DNA from: Azolla caroliniana
Lineage: Eukaryota; Plantae; Polypodiophyta
Reading direction: 5' to 3'
Assembly: GCA_043228905.1 (NCBI GenBank)
Contig: JBHGNT010000006.1
Coordinates: 21,700,001-21,764,000, forward strand
DNA: 64,000 nt
Every line of letters begins with the position of its first letter. The stretch's first letter is position 1. The notes beneath the pieces were generated by a model. It was not told the DNA's origin and did not search any database. It was given only the letters and a program-made list of their open reading frames with translations. This document shows positions 61,703-64,000 of this stretch, piece after piece. A program made the position numbers and the translations under genes.

Positions 61703-64000
61703 TTAATTTTGCCCTGAATCTTCCATGAGCGATCGGGAAGCTAGAACTCCATTATCCCAAATTTCACACCACCTATATAGAAAAACTAGTTTAGAATTCG
61801 TTGTGGCACTTACCAAAAATACTAGAATACCTTTACTATGAAAGGGGTTCTGGTAAATATCCAGAATGATACGAGGATATTTAAATGCACAATTAGTAAC
61901 GTAGTACTTCGGTGAAAACAAAAATATTTGGGCGATTCAAATTGTACCTAAGTCCGCCCTCAATGGATATTGATTTTCCATGCCTCCAACCATCACGGAA
62001 ATGCCCAAAAAAGACATCTCCTTTTGCAGAATAATATCTTCCTTCTCCATTTGCCTTGCCCTTCCAGAAGTCCGCATATAAACGTTCCCCCGTATGAAAG
62101 TAGAACCAACCCTATAGCATATGTGACAGATTTATGTGTGGTTCACATATGGTGAAATTTGGTTTAAATCCCCAAAATTTCCATACTCCCTAAACCTATG
62201 CTATTGATGACGTGAAAAGACCTACGAACTTCTATATAGACACGTTGAAAGACCGCATTATCCTTTCTGGTACGAGACCCTCGGAAAGTTTAATGCTCAA
62301 TACACGATCCCCCAAAACTATGCTATGCATGACGTACAAAATGCTATGACATTCAATATGAAAATGTGTAAAGAATCATATTACTTTACTGCTAGAAAAA
62401 TTCGTCTCCAATGTGCAGAAACCCCTAAAACTACACTGCGATGATGTAAAAAGCTACAAATTCAATTACCTTGAATAAAAATTCATTTCTGATGCACAAC
62501 CTCCTAAATCTATGGTATAGATGGCACGAAAAGTTATGAATTTCACTATAAAATGTCTAGAGACTATAAAAATCATCATCATACTTGTTTGCTTCTAAAA
62601 CCTTTAGAAATTTAATTTTCCATGCATTACCCCTGCCCAAGATAATGGTTTGAAGTTAGAAATGTTTTTTCATGTTGTCCCATACATTGGATGTCTGCAA
62701 ACATGCAGTTACCCAAGAAACATGCACAAAAAATATGATGCCATAATAAATCAATTCCAAGAAAATTGACACTGAAAACAAAGTTGGATGAAAGAACCTT
62801 TCCATGCATTTGATCATCCCGCCAATTTCCTTGAAAGACATCACCGTTAGCATAGTAGAATGACCCAATCCCCACTCTCTTTCCTTGCTTCCACATGCCA
62901 TCATAGAAGCTTCCATCAGCATAGCCTAGACGACCCTACAACCAGACAACACATGACATATTTGTGCATATAGCCCATTAGAATAACCAGGTACCCTAAT
63001 TCTAAAGAAGCTCTAATTGCATAGTATAAAAGCATTAGCTTCATGTATCTTCTAGCACACATTAGGCATTCCCACAGATTATAGTCATGAAAGCAATGGG
63101 TCTGATGTTGCGAACGTTATATTTTAAATTATATACTAACACTTTGCTCCTGAATGCATATGGGTTAATCATAGTGAAATAAAAATATTTCAACAAAACA
63201 AGTGGACACTATATTACTATGCTTTATAGGCATCACTAATAAACATATATGATAGATGAAGATGTGACGTGAATTGCGCAAATGAAAGTAAGAGAACGCA
63301 TGCTGCATACCTTTCCCTCAGGCAGGCCTTCTTTACATCGTCCCTTGTATAGCCCATTTTTATACTTCATTTCAACCATTGGCGGGAGCTCTACTAAGCT
63401 TCTTTCTGATTCCTAGTCACACAGCATGTGAATGGTTATGAAGAACAATAATCTAGAATTACCTTTAATTATTTCACTAAATTCCCCAGATTTTTCATGA
63501 ATTTTGTAAACACCTTTGATCAACCCCCCAAAGAGAAAAAAAGGGAATGAATTGACCATTTAGTTTCTCAGGGAAAACAACAGCATTTGGGGAAATAAAG
63601 AAAAACCCTTGGGGATTTCCAAGTTTTTTCCTTTGGAAAATGCTTTCTCTAGTTATTTAGGCCAAAACTTTTGTCAACAAACCAGCATGGATGCAGCTCG
63701 TTGTGACAATAAGGATGAAACTTGTTTCGATTCTTCGCTCTCATCTTTCTTGAAAGCATTTGCAGATGCTGCATTATATATGTCTATTACTGCTTCCAAG
63801 CCACTAGTTATGACCCTGCTAATGAGCGGTGCAGCAAAATCAAATATTGCTTGGTTTGCCAAACCCCATTGCCTACCTTGGTCTTTTCCCATCAATGATT
63901 CACCCTTATATTCATTTGTAGATCTGATGCCAACTGGGGCCTGAAATGATGTGTTTCTATCAGAATCACCTAGATTCCCAAGTTTTTGTCGTGTCTGAGC
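61703..64000 (-). CDS. ARC3: ACCUMULATION AND REPLICATION OF CHLOROPLASTS 3, 3' portion; exons >64000-63683, 63412-63311, 62935-62798, 62111-61948, 61772-61703
   Basis: Spliced GT-AG product reads ...PVGIRS...LLSQRAASML-ESERS...VEMKYKNGLYKGRCKEGLPEGK-GRLGYADGSFYDGMWKQGKRVGIGSFYYANGDVFQGNWRDDQMHGK-GWFYFHTGERLYADFWKGKANGEGRYYSAKGDVFFGHFRDGWRHG...R-WCEIWDNGVL. This is the MORN-repeat C-terminus I recognise from ARC3. Confidence 0.9.
62185..62570. repeat. Degenerate ~80-120 bp tandem repeat in an ARC3 intron
   Basis: CCCTAAA(A/C)CTATGCTAT..ATGACGT.AAAAG-like units at about 62188, 62309, 62422 and 62501. Confidence 0.6.

Overview
Plant nuclear DNA. A seed-free land plant such as a fern is my inference from the retroelement types and intron style; it is not proven. 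Positions 1-42.4 kb are a deeply nested cluster of LTR retrotransposons whose insertion order can be reconstructed from LTRs, PBS, PPT and target-site duplications (TSDs). An old Copia element (Z) was split by a Tnt1/Tork-TAR-like Copia (B, 117-29739). B hosts an RT-less Copia (A), a solo LTR and an unusual Gypsy element (C). C has a tRNA-Trp primer site, a candidate -1 frameshift between protease and RT, and no integrase. C hosts a rearranged Copia pair (D/D') and a protease-less Copia (E), and E hosts a very young intact Copia (F: 1364-aa ORF, LTRs ending TG...TA). Further right are a LINE C-terminal remnant, two decayed Copia elements (G, H) and a foldback element. Positions 47.9-52.2 kb hold a five-exon DNA-3-methyladenine glycosylase I (TAG family) gene on the + strand. 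At 56.8-58.0 kb is a hAT MITE with nested foldback MITEs. Positions 61.7-64 kb carry the 3' exons of the chloroplast division gene ARC3 on the - strand. No rRNA, tRNA gene or CRISPR array is present. I found no clear new multi-gene system; the most novel-looking object is Gypsy element C.
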